A model generated the notes under the pieces. That model did not search any database. It was not told the origin of the DNA and saw only the letters and a list, made by a program, of their open reading frames with translations. DNA of 64,000 nt, taken from positions 62,001-126,000 of the forward strand of contig NMRA01000317.1 of NCBI GenBank assembly GCA_002633005.1, given 5' to 3'. The position numbers were made by a program, and so were the translations under genes. Positions within the stretch are counted from its first letter, which is position 1, and each line of letters begins with the position of its first letter. Source of the DNA: Phoronis australis. Its lineage: Eukaryota > Animalia > Phoronida. Below are positions 22,601 to 34,600 of this stretch, piece after piece.

Positions 22601-25600
22601 GTTGTATAACATCAGCGGCATTCTTCAACAATAGCCTACTCAGGATCTCCAAACTAAAGATCCCCCATCAGCGAAGGAACTTTTTCAGAAATACCTAGTG
22701 TATTCTACATAAAACTTTGGTGTTGTTTCAGCATGAAAGGGCTTTCTTTTGTCATCAATTTTTTCTGTGGGCAACGGATTAACAGTTATCCCCGCATGCT
22801 GTGTGACTTTTTTGCCTTTAGTAATCTCCTAAAAATGTGTTTTTTATTTTTTAAATTTTAGACTTGAAAAACCGCCCTGCCTGGGTTTTCCCTGAGAGTA
22901 CAATCACAACTGTCAACGCATTGTCCGAGGTGCCTCTGTTTTTCAAACCCCTGCCAACAGATGTCACTAGGCTTTACACAAAAGTGAGTACCACTATTGC
23001 TAAGAATGGCAAGCTTGGTAACATCTATTAGTCTTGCTTTGGTTCTGTGTTCCTATTTTCTAGTCCCTTCTCAAGACTGTAGGTTGGTTGATGGTTTCAT
23101 GATAGATATTTAGAAAGTGATGCCAACACAGATTGTCGGTCTTTGTGGTGGGCGTAATTACATGGCCAATAATTAGGTAGTCACCAGGCATTCAACTTGT
23201 TTTCAAGTGCATTTCCTAGGTCACATTTTGCTTGTTCATTAAACTCCACTCATTCAATTAATGACATCAATGTGAAAGTGAATTATTGGCGAGCGCAGCT
23301 GTACTCAGAACATCGATTCCTAAATTGCTCTTGACTGTGCTTGTATGATATATTTTTCCAGATCAGCTGTGGCTTACCGTTATACATCGTGAAGTCTGAC
23401 TTGGAACTGCAACACTTGTGGATATGCAGTAGTTTACCTGACAGGGGTCAAGTCACTGTGCTGTCAATGTGCTCCAACAAACCACACATACTGCAATCAT
23501 TTCAAGGTGAGTGGGTGGAGTCATGATGGGGGTGGAGTCATGGTGTGGGTGGAGTCATAGTGGGGGTGGAGTCATCGTGGGGGTGGAGTCAAAATTTTTG
23601 TGGAGTGAAGGTGTGGGTGGAATCAAAATTTGAGCCGTTGGTGAAGTAGCAATTTTTAAATGTATTTTTGTTGTGAGTAAAGTCTTGGTGTGAGTTTGTC
23701 ACAATGCAGGTGTAATCACAATTTGACTGAAGGCTGTCAATGTGCTCCAACAAACCACACATACTGCAATCCTTTCAAGGTGAGTGGGTGGAGTCACGAG
23801 GTGGGTGGAGTAAGAGTGCGGGTGGAGTTGCAGTTTGAATTGTGTGGGTTGTGTCGTGGTGTGGGTTATGTCGTGCGAGTTGAATGTGTTTGGATTGAGT
23901 GTTGTGTTATGAGATTCGGAGGGGTCACAGTTTATGCACCCTTATATACATATGTGGGCACGTTATGCCTTCATCGCTTTTTATTCAGCGTCTACTGCTT
24001 TATCTCTAAAACCCCCGTATGGTTGTTTGTGAAATTTCGCAGTCCTGTTCTTATCTTGAAGGAGATGAGCAAATTTTGGAATGGATTTGACCTCTGTCAT
24101 GCCCCCTAGTGGCAATTCATTTTTTACGTTAGCCTGTATATCTACTGCAGAGTTCCTTCTAGTTGACAGATGTTCGTGAATTTTGGCAAAGAGGATCAAT
24201 GAAACGACAACAATTGCCTTGTTTCAGATGTATTTGACTTATGCTGCACCCCTTTTGTCGGTTTTATTTCGTGCATTAATACGATGTTTATAAACGCCCC
24301 TGGAAGCATGCTTTTTGCGGTTTAGTAGTGGGCGCATTTCAACGCTTAGTGTCAGTCTCCTGTACTTTATCAAACTGGGGTAAATGACCTTTATACTTAC
24401 GGTGAATCATTTTTATAATGCATTCCATTTTGATGTCTGATAACTGAATCTGACAACTACATCATGAGACTAATGGAAGACAGGCTATCACTTTATTGAT
24501 CAGGCTGTGTTTTGACTAATTTCTGATTTGTTTTTCTGTTTTTGTCATTAGGGGCGTATATTAGTGCTATTTCCATTTAGACCAGAATTCTACGGTGGGT
24601 TTAAGACAGATGTTAGCCATGGCGTATCAACGACAGCTCAATTTGGTGAAAAAATAGCCACATTGTAGTTTTAATTATTTTCTTACCATTGGCTTAAAAG
24701 TCTGCGTGCTCGAGCGCATGTTCTTCTATTTTTAACCTGATCAATGTCCTGTTATATCACCTTGTCATAGCATCTGCATGCATTTTTCCTTTTTTCTGTT
24801 CTTCTAAAGATTTTCTGTATGCTTCATTTTTTCTGAAAACATAAAAGAACAAATTTCAACAAAAACTTTTTTAGTTAAAATATGTTACCAAATGGTGTTC
24901 CTTAAACATAATATCGATTTCTTCAAAAGTAAATGTTATCTGTTTTAGAAATTTTAAGTTTAATCCTGAAATTTGTGGTGTTACACCCCAGAGTGTCATG
25001 GGAAGTTGAATGATTTTGAATTTCGATGAATAAACTTGGAGAAATTGATAATAAATAATGCAAGTACATGCAGGGTTATCATTTGATAGGAAATTTCTCT
25101 ATTTTTGTCGTCAATGAATTTTTCTGTGGTGAAAATGAAGGAATATGCATACATTTTTGCCACCTGTTAGTTTTATTTAATTATTTATTAATGTAATATT
25201 TACAATGAGGGTATCCCCCAGGTCACACTGCTTTCCATGGGGGCCCTCAGTTTGTGGCATTGTTTATATGAAGTTATATAGTTATGAACATAAACATTGG
25301 TGTGTTTGTCAGAATATTTTACAATTTGGTTGTTGTGTAAAATGTATCTTTTGTTTTATTGTTCTTTCAATAGCCTTCTTGTGTTTGATCGACCTTATTG
25401 GTTCTTTTCGTAGCATGTGATGAAGCCATTACATGTGCAGAATTAGTTCCCGGTCATGCTGTTGCCATGACGGTGGATGGCTTTGATGATGACACAGTAT
25501 GGATGGGGACTGTGGCCAAGAGGTAAGTCACTGACCAGTGGAGCCATCTAGTGGTGGTTTCACATGAAGGCTGTGTGATGTACTTCAGTTATCTTACATT

Positions 25601-28600
25601 GGGTATATCAGATATAATGTGCACACGTTTGAGAACCAGACTGATGCCGGTTATTCAGTGGAGAAAACTGGTTCTTACAATGCAGACACGTAACATTCTA
25701 CCATTACCTTGCATTGTACATTTTAGTAATCAACAAAAATATGTATTTTAAGTCTTCTCGTAATTGGAAAGTGTGCAAACTAAACAAAAAATACGCGGAC
25801 AGCCATCGACAGGAAATAAATTATGCGTGGTTTCAGAATACGACTATTTTACTTTACAAACTGGCCATTATACATTCTTAGTGACTACAGGCGCTATAAA
25901 CTGGACGTGCTATTATCAGCGATTTGAATAGGTTAATCCAGTAAAAAACAAAAAAGTGAGAACAAATGTCTTGATTCAGTAGGCAACTCTGATCTTTTCT
26001 TGACTGCATCGTCTTTTTGGTGTGAATCTCATGCAGTTTGCTGAACAAAGACTTGCAGATTGCCCAAGAATTTTGACCGCCCCAGGTGAGTTGTACAACC
26101 TCACTTTTAGGGAGGTAGAAATGTTGCTTTTTTGATACATGCAAAATTTCATTATGTAGCGTGTTAAACATGACTCAGAAGTGGAGAAAATCGAAGCAAA
26201 TCGTTTGTGAGTAATTTAATGTTTCTGATATTTTTGATTTTTCAAATGTTACCATGACCACCGACACACCATATAGAAATTTTGAAGGTTCATATCTTAG
26301 GCTTACACAGGTAAACTCTACCGTATATTGCATTTTTCTTTGATGAATTACTTTTGGCCGCGGATGCAGTTCCACTTACTGTTTGTTATTCATTCTCCTT
26401 GAATAAAATCCCAAGGTCATTTCTATTAGATTTCAAATTGTGTGATTTTTTTAAAAATATGAATATAGGTCAGAGAAATAAACTCAAGTGTACTGTCACC
26501 ACTATGAAATTATGAAGACCTCTGAAGTTTTATCACGCGCTACGTTTGGTCAAGTTTCATTGAAAATGTGTGCATGTAATGCTCCTTGTTCTACTGTACG
26601 GAATAAAAAGATGGCCGACAGTGAATTCTGTAGAATAACTAACTTATCTGTTCGTGTGCAGATGCACTATGATCTTTTTTGTACCTTAATATATAAATGA
26701 AGAATTGACGGCTAAAATGATACAAAAATTTGAAAGTGGTCAAAAATTCTAAATTCAATTATTGTATAATTATGCAGTAAAATTTCACCAATTTAGGACA
26801 CAATATGGACGAGAATGAAATTATTTTTTCTCATTTTTTTCATAAAAGATGCGTAGCTTCAAATTACTGCTTTACCATGTTCAAGTGCTGTACCATAGCT
26901 ATAACTAGGAAACATTTTGATTAATTTTGGATATTCACAACAATGTTAGAAGGCGTTGAAAAGTGAGAATAAGGTCAATTTTGCCAATTATTTTTGTCCC
27001 AAAATGGAGAGATTTTGCTTTACCTTCCTTACAGTTTTCATCCTGAGAACAAAAACCTAATATGAACTTATTTCTTAATCATGAATTTTTATCAAAATGA
27101 GTTACCAGGTAACCCATATCTTCTAGAATATTTTTATTGGCTTGTCATGCCGCACCTTGTGACATTTAAGGTAACCGATATAACTGGGCTGTCGTTATTT
27201 CCCGCCAGTTGACCGAATTCAGATAATGACACCTGTAAGGATTTTATTATTTTATAATTATTCTTACTGAGAACGACAGTTATGAGGTTATTTCCAGCCA
27301 GCCAGGCACCTGATAGTTCTGCATGACTAGTCAATAAACTGTGTTAATTGTTATCATGGCTTCTCCCCAATGGAGGAACACATCACTAGGGAAAAATAAG
27401 TTAAACTATCATATCAATAAATCATCTCAAATATAATATACAGATCCGTGTAAGCGTTTAGAATTAATGAGCCTGGTGCTACAATTTTGTGTGCTGATCT
27501 TGACATGGTCATGTTACAGTACACGCCAAAAGTATTAAGACAAAAAGGCACAGAATTCCCCATCCTGATGATTGGGCTGAAGTATAATTCATCGTCTTAG
27601 AAGTCTAACTTCCCTCACGACAGACAATGAAGGGATGTTAACAGGGAATGTTAAGGAGGTGGCTAAGTCATTCCGTAATTTGAATTCTCCCATCATAATA
27701 GTCATTCCCAGCTTTTTATGCGCCCACATATTTATATGTGGACGCATTATGCGGTCATCTCCATCAGTCCGTCTGGCGTCCGTCCAACCGGCGTCCACTG
27801 CTCTCTCTCCAAAACACCTTGACGTATGTTCATGAAATTTTGCATGTGTTCCTCCTGTGGTTGGGACAGCATGACCGAATTTTCGGACCGATCCGACTAC
27901 CGGTGTGCCCCCTAGTGGCAATTTTAGTTTTTACATTTACCTCTGTATCTTCAAATGTCCTGAACGGATTTTCATAATATTTAGTATATAGGCACCTATT
28001 AGTGAGATGACACTATCCTCCCGTTTTCAGATGGATTTGACGTAGTTTGTGCCACCTAGTGGCCATTTTTACTGTTTTTGCGTCCACCCCTCTATCAACC
28101 AAACCGCTCAAAGGATGATTGTGAAAATTGGCATGTATGTTCTTACTATGAAGTGGACAGCTGACAATGATTTTCCGATGACTTCGACTACTGTGGCATC
28201 TCCTAGTGGCAGTTTTTTTTTTCGCCTATGGCTGTAACCCCTAAACTTTTCGCAGGATCATTACTAAATTTAGTAAATATATTTATATGATGTTAACAAC
28301 GAAGGACGACGACTTTCAGACGGATCTGACTACTGGTGTGCCACCTAGTATGTTCAAAGGTCCTCAAGGCAAACAGGCATCTGGTAATGAGATGACGCTA
28401 TCTCTCCGTTTTCAGATGGATTCGACCTAGTTTGCACCACCTAGTGGCCATTTTTACTGTTTTTGAGTCTGCTTTTTGGCGTCCACTCGTTTATCAACCA
28501 AACCGCTTTCAGGATAATTGTGAAAATTTACATGTATGTTTTTATTATGAAGTGGACAGCTAACGACGATTTTCCGATGAGTTCGACTACTTTGGCGCCT

Positions 28601-31600
28601 CTTAGTGGCAGTTTTGTTTTTTGTGCTCATGGCTGTATCTATTGAACCATTTGCAGGATCTTTACTTAATTTAGCAAGTATATTTAACTGATGTTGACAA
28701 TGGATGACGACGACTTTCGGACGTATTTGACAAGTGGTGTGCCCCTAGTGGCAATTTTAGTTTTTACGTTTACCAGTCTGTATCTTCAAAGGTCCTCAAC
28801 AGATTTTCATAAAAATTTTAATATAGGCATCTATTGGTGAGACGAGGCTATCATCCTGTTTTGGGATGGAATCGGGGTATTTTCACCACCTGGTGGCCAT
28901 TTTTTGCTGTTTTCAAATCTTGTTTTTGGCGTTCACCCCTCGATCAACCAAATCATTCTAGGGATGGTTTTGAAAATTGGCGTATATGTTTTCAGTGTGA
29001 AGAGGACGTTTGATGATGGCGACTGTCTACTGTGGCGCCTCCTAGTAGTAGTTTGGTTTTGTTTTGCGCCCATGGCTGTATCTCCAAAACCCACTGCAGG
29101 ATCTTTATTAAATTTAGTAAGTGAATTTAACTGAAGATAACAGACGACGACTTTCAGGCAGATGGAATGGACACTGTGCCCCACAAGTGGCAATTTCATT
29201 TTGTTCTATTTTCCTTTGTTTCTCTGTAGGTCCTTGACAGATTTTTCTGAAATATGGCATGTTCCCATTTTTGGATGGAGTGTACGTTTTTGCGCCATCT
29301 AGTGGCTATTTTTATGATACAAATAAATAACCCCAAAAGCACACCATTTGCGATGCATTCGTGGGCGCATTTCAACGCTCCGCGTTGCTCTTGTTGTTGT
29401 TAGTAGAATTGGTCGTCATGACGTGGAAATGATAGCTAGTCTGATTACTTTCGTCTTTGTGTTGTATGTGCTGACATCTTTGTGTTGCACACTGTGGGTG
29501 CATATCAACACTGTCTTGTCGTTTCTCTAGCTCGTGTCGTTTCTCTAGCTCGTGTCGTTTCTCTAGCTCATGTTTTTGTCTTGAGTTATATTATAGGCAC
29601 TTAAATATGTCACCTCAACTGAGCTGACACAAATATTGCGAAGGGTGTATAGAATTAGTGAGTTTCAAAATTTTATTTTTCTGGATCCTTTTTCTGATCT
29701 AGACATAATCACAGGGATATATCTAGGTTTCAAAACCTTGCTCGCCAGCTGGGCGAGTGAGCCAGAAAATCTACTCACCCAGCCCAAATCCAGTCTCCCA
29801 GCCGTTTGCATCACTTGCTACCAATGTAAATAAAAATCATTGTTTCGTGCGTTGATGCCACCATCTATTAGGGCTAGTATCGTTTTTAGAAAATAAATTC
29901 CTACTAAGAAACTTTTGACGTCGATGAATTCCCAGCAACGCAAGACTTTGCCTTGGCGCAAAGCTACAACAGGCTACAGCTACGGTGCCGATGTGGGTAA
30001 AAGACTGACCAGATAAAATCTGATACAATAGTAGTTTTATTAAAAACTGCACTCTTCCTCACTCCTGACACCAAAATGGAAGCCCCCAACCAAAAGCAAC
30101 AGCGCAAGAAATAAACTTATCATTAAGCGCAAGTCAAACATTTTGTCCACATCCACGTGTTCAAAAACTTATTCTTTGAACTTTTGATTTGCCTGGTGAC
30201 TTTTTACATGATGTGTGTTTGCTTCATTATTTTGGCAGCCTACAAAGCACCCCAATGCATAATAGTAATATCGTGGGATTGTTGAGGATGTGCTTTGAAC
30301 AAGCGCGGGTTTTGGCTTTGAACTAAAAAAGAAATAGACAATGTATATAAAATGTTACATTGTTCAAAGTATTCAGTTAGAAAATCTGTCAATCATTAGC
30401 ACGTGTTTGGTTGCCTAGGTGTCCAGCAGGAAGCAAATCTTTACAAATCAAGTGCTGCCCATAAAATACACCACGAAGTAGCGGAATCTTGCTTGATCTG
30501 TCTTTTCTCTCAAGAAACTTGCCCTACTGAATACACGCCTACCTGTATGAATACCTTAGTTCCAGGAAATGACGAATAGCCACCGAGGTACGTAAAAACC
30601 CAATCACGCTCAGGATCACGACGCCACTGTATCATGCACTACAGGCCGTCGGAAGTCCGTTACTTCAATCCCCCAACCTATCTTTTAACTGATATGCTTG
30701 AAGTCCGACGTCAGCGTAGCTCCGTGATGGTAAACTCAAGTCCTTCCCGATCCCTTGCATAATCAGCCAGTGTTTCATATAATCACCCTATTACTGTCGG
30801 CTAATATGACCATTTTCTGTCATAAACTCATCGGTTCGGCATGGAAAGCTAGATGTGAATGAGGTCATAATGGCTGGGTTTTGATGCCAATGAAAAGTAT
30901 AATAAAAAGATAATCAAGATGATGAAAGCCAGAAATAAAGGTTGCTTCTAATAAAACTGATGACTTAGACGTTAATATTTTGGTACTTCATAAAAGTGGA
31001 CAGACAGACAACTAGTCGAGGTGAAGATATGAAAAGTGAAGGGAGGTTTTCAGGCAATTTGCCTACAGTAATTCTCCACTTACTTTGCACACTCACTTGA
31101 TTTCGCACACCCAAAATTATTAGGAATATAACATTTTGTTCCGCAGTTATTTCACATGAGACTACTTGACAGGAATTTCTTGCCTCAACTAATTTCGCAA
31201 AGGGTCCGTTTTGTACCTGGGAAAATGTCAGCACCAAGTCCTCACTTTAATCCTGGGATCCTTTTCATGGTCGTACGCTGTTTCTGAAAAATTATTACCT
31301 GGGCAAAAGTGCCTGAGAATAAACGCGTAGCAGCTAGTTGGAGATAACTTCCATAACTTATCTTTAGACTGCGGTGCGCTTATAATTACTTGACCATTGT
31401 GAATAATGGGAGCATAGGGTAAAATGGTGAAATATCTGTCTTATGTCTTGAGTCACTTTTCATGAAACAGACCCCTCCCCAGTGTTAAAATCTTTTTATT
31501 TATGTTGCTAAGGTCTATACATTGTATAGTCACCACTTAATTCGTGTGGAATAGCTCATTAGAAACTTGGCCACACACAGATTGCAGTACAATGGTTGAT

Positions 31601-34600
31601 AAAATCTTTCAGGAACACTGATCTAACTTAACTTGACTTAAGGGCAATAAAGTACTGACTGAAATAGATTAAACTATTGTGGACTAAAACTGTTGATTTT
31701 TTATGTTTGATGTCTGAAGTTGAATTTCCTGTTCAACGTTATGATAGAACCAGTTTTTTTTTCAATGAAATGCGATAAGTGTTAGCCAAATACGATCTCA
31801 TTATTGCAGTTTTGTTGACCAACGGATGTAGTAATTGGTTTATGACATGTGAGCTCTTACAAAGGATTGCGAGAATGCTTCACAATTGTTCTTAAACTGA
31901 TCTTGGAAACCTGTTTTTGTCAGGAGTTGAAACTGTAGGGTGTGGGGTGGTGTTTGTAATGTCATGCTGTTGTAAACATGCAGTAAAGGGGTTGATCAAG
32001 ATGTGTATCGTGTGGTTCAGAGGTACGGTATTTGTTGACTAGAACATTTCACCAATGAGGGGGTAAACTGCATTATTATTAGTACAGGGTAACTTCTGTT
32101 AATAAGGTTTCATGTCGAGTCATATCAGTAATGTGTGAAAAACACCAGAAAAAGGTAACATACCTGCAACATGCTCTGCATGTTGTCAGTGTTTCAAACA
32201 TGTCATCACTTCAAAAAACCTTGAATAGTAATTGTGAACATGGAGCTTGTCTTGTGATAAACTTTGTTACAACAAGGTTTTTGTTGAAGTTGATGACATA
32301 CTGTTCTTAGGAACACAGCCACAAAAAATATACATGCATTATTATGATGCCTCCAAGCCATGATGGTTGTAGAGCTGTACCCCTGTACGAAGAGCTGTAC
32401 CCCAGTATAGGTAGAGTTGTACCCCTGTATGAAGAGATGTAGCCCGGTATGTAGAGCTGTACCCTGGTATGTAGAGCTGTACTCCACTATGTAGAGCTGT
32501 ACCCTGGTATGTAGAACTGTACCCTTGTATGTAGAGCTGTACCAAGTAGGTAGAGCTGTACCCTGGTGTATAGAGCTGTACCCTGGTATGTAGATCTGTA
32601 CCCTGGTATGTAGAGCTGTATTACGGTAGGTAAAGCTGTAATCTGCTATGTAAAACTTTACTCATGGCTGTAATTTTGATGCCACCATGCTTACATATTG
32701 AATTATCCATTAAAGTGCGAGAGCAACATTTGGTGAAAGTGAGTTGCTGACTGATTGTCCAGCAATGTTATAACTAGAATTCAGTACGTGAAATTTGTGT
32801 CTGCGTAACAATGGGGTCAATACTTTCATATTGAAACACAATTACTATTTACTAGATCAGATAACTCATAAGCTGCGTTTTATTAAATTCATGCTTAGTC
32901 AGTTGGAAGCCTTATGCATGGTTACTCGGCTAATTTTTTAGTGAACCTTGGACTACAAAGTCTGTATTTTCAGTTTATCCTGCCTGTGGGAAAAATGTAT
33001 ACTAACATATTTTGTGCGAAATAACAATCGTTCAGTATCCTTCAAGACCCTAAATAGTGCACCTGTAGTCTCAGTGGTATCTCCTCCTTATAAATAAATT
33101 GATGAAAACTTGTCAAAAAATACGCGAAATTATGGTAGTGTTTTTAACAAATTAATTGAGTGACCTCAATTGGCCAGCAAGTGAATTGTTGTTGAGGTAA
33201 CCAATATTGCACTTTCAAGCAGCAGAAATACATTGCAATGACCATTTTGTTCATGTGGTTGAAATTTACACTAAAGAGTTCAGACTAAGGTTACGCCCAC
33301 ATTGAGTGCCATCTGCTTCTGGATCCTGTTGTGTGAAACAGGTCATTCACTATATGAACAATGACTTTACAGTAATAAAACATTGGCTAAACAAGTTGAT
33401 AAATCGTTGACTAAAACTGGTGATTTTTCTGACAGTTTGTCTTCTGAAGTTGAACTCCTGGTAAAAAGTTATGTTAGGATCATTTTTAAGACCAGGAAAA
33501 TTTGCCAAAATGGATGCGCTATGTCTCTGTGCTCATTGAGCCATGACAGATAATTGGCTTGCGAGTGGTGATGTCAGACAAAAGCGTCTGGAGTTTAAAC
33601 CAGATGTGAGGTTTTTGTAGTGTCTAATTCCAACGCAAGTCAATTCTTAATTCTGTCTTGTCGAGCATTCTGTCACTTAAATGGTTGTCCAACACTCAAA
33701 TTTTTATTCTTGTTCCTGTACGCAACAAGTTACGAACTTGGTATGAGGGAAGAAGTGTTTGTCTTCCCTTGAGTTCTGCTGGCATCTGCATAAAAGTCTG
33801 GTGGGTATGTACATAAACATGTTATGCAATATATGTGATGATAGCTGTGGGTTATTATATTTTGATTCATGCTATGCAACCAAATCCCTGACTTTAGGCT
33901 TGCACATCATGGATATTGACGTACAGTAAAGTTTCCATAAAGTCGAACCAAAATAATGGCCAAAACTGTATTTTTTTTAAATTTCAAACTCTCATTGTAT
34001 TGCCAACAATTCCATCTTGTGTTTGTTGATGACAGTCGTACTACATGAAGTTTTCAAGTAGTAAAGTAAAATGGTCTTCTTGTTTACCCTAGATCAAAAT
34101 TTTGATCAAATAAAAGTTTTCTGTTCCGCCATATTGTGTTCTAATTTTAAAGATATTCAAAAACTCAGCACACTTTGATCTCTTGATCCTTACATGTGTT
34201 GTGTAGAGTGTAGTTATAGTACATTCACACTTCCTTGATGGCTAAACCTCATGAGCAAAGCCACTGACACCTGTACTTTTAATAAAGAGATTGTTTTTGT
34301 TCTGAACAGCTTCGTATATTTTTATGCGCCCTCATATTTATATGTTGACGCATTATGCCGTCATCTCCATCCGTCCGTCCGGGCGGCATCCGCTGTTCTA
34401 TCTCCAAATCCCTTTGACATACGTTCATGAAATTTGGCATATATGTTCCATTCATGAATGGTATGTAGGCACTATTAGTGAGATGACGTTAACCTCCCAT
34501 TTTCGGATGGATTCGACGTAGTTTGCGCCACCTAGTGGCCATTTTTACTGTTTTCGAGTCTGTTTTTGCGTCCACCCCTCTATCAACCAAACCACTCAAG

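Noticed and set aside
27713-29395. Regularly spaced conserved motifs as a possible CRISPR-like array
   Set aside because: Intervening sequences are homologous tandem monomers of ~145 bp, not unique spacers; eukaryotic intron; no cas genes.
32206-32545. Repetitive ORFs (GVQLY/YSSTY)
   Set aside because: Translation of a 20-bp minisatellite.
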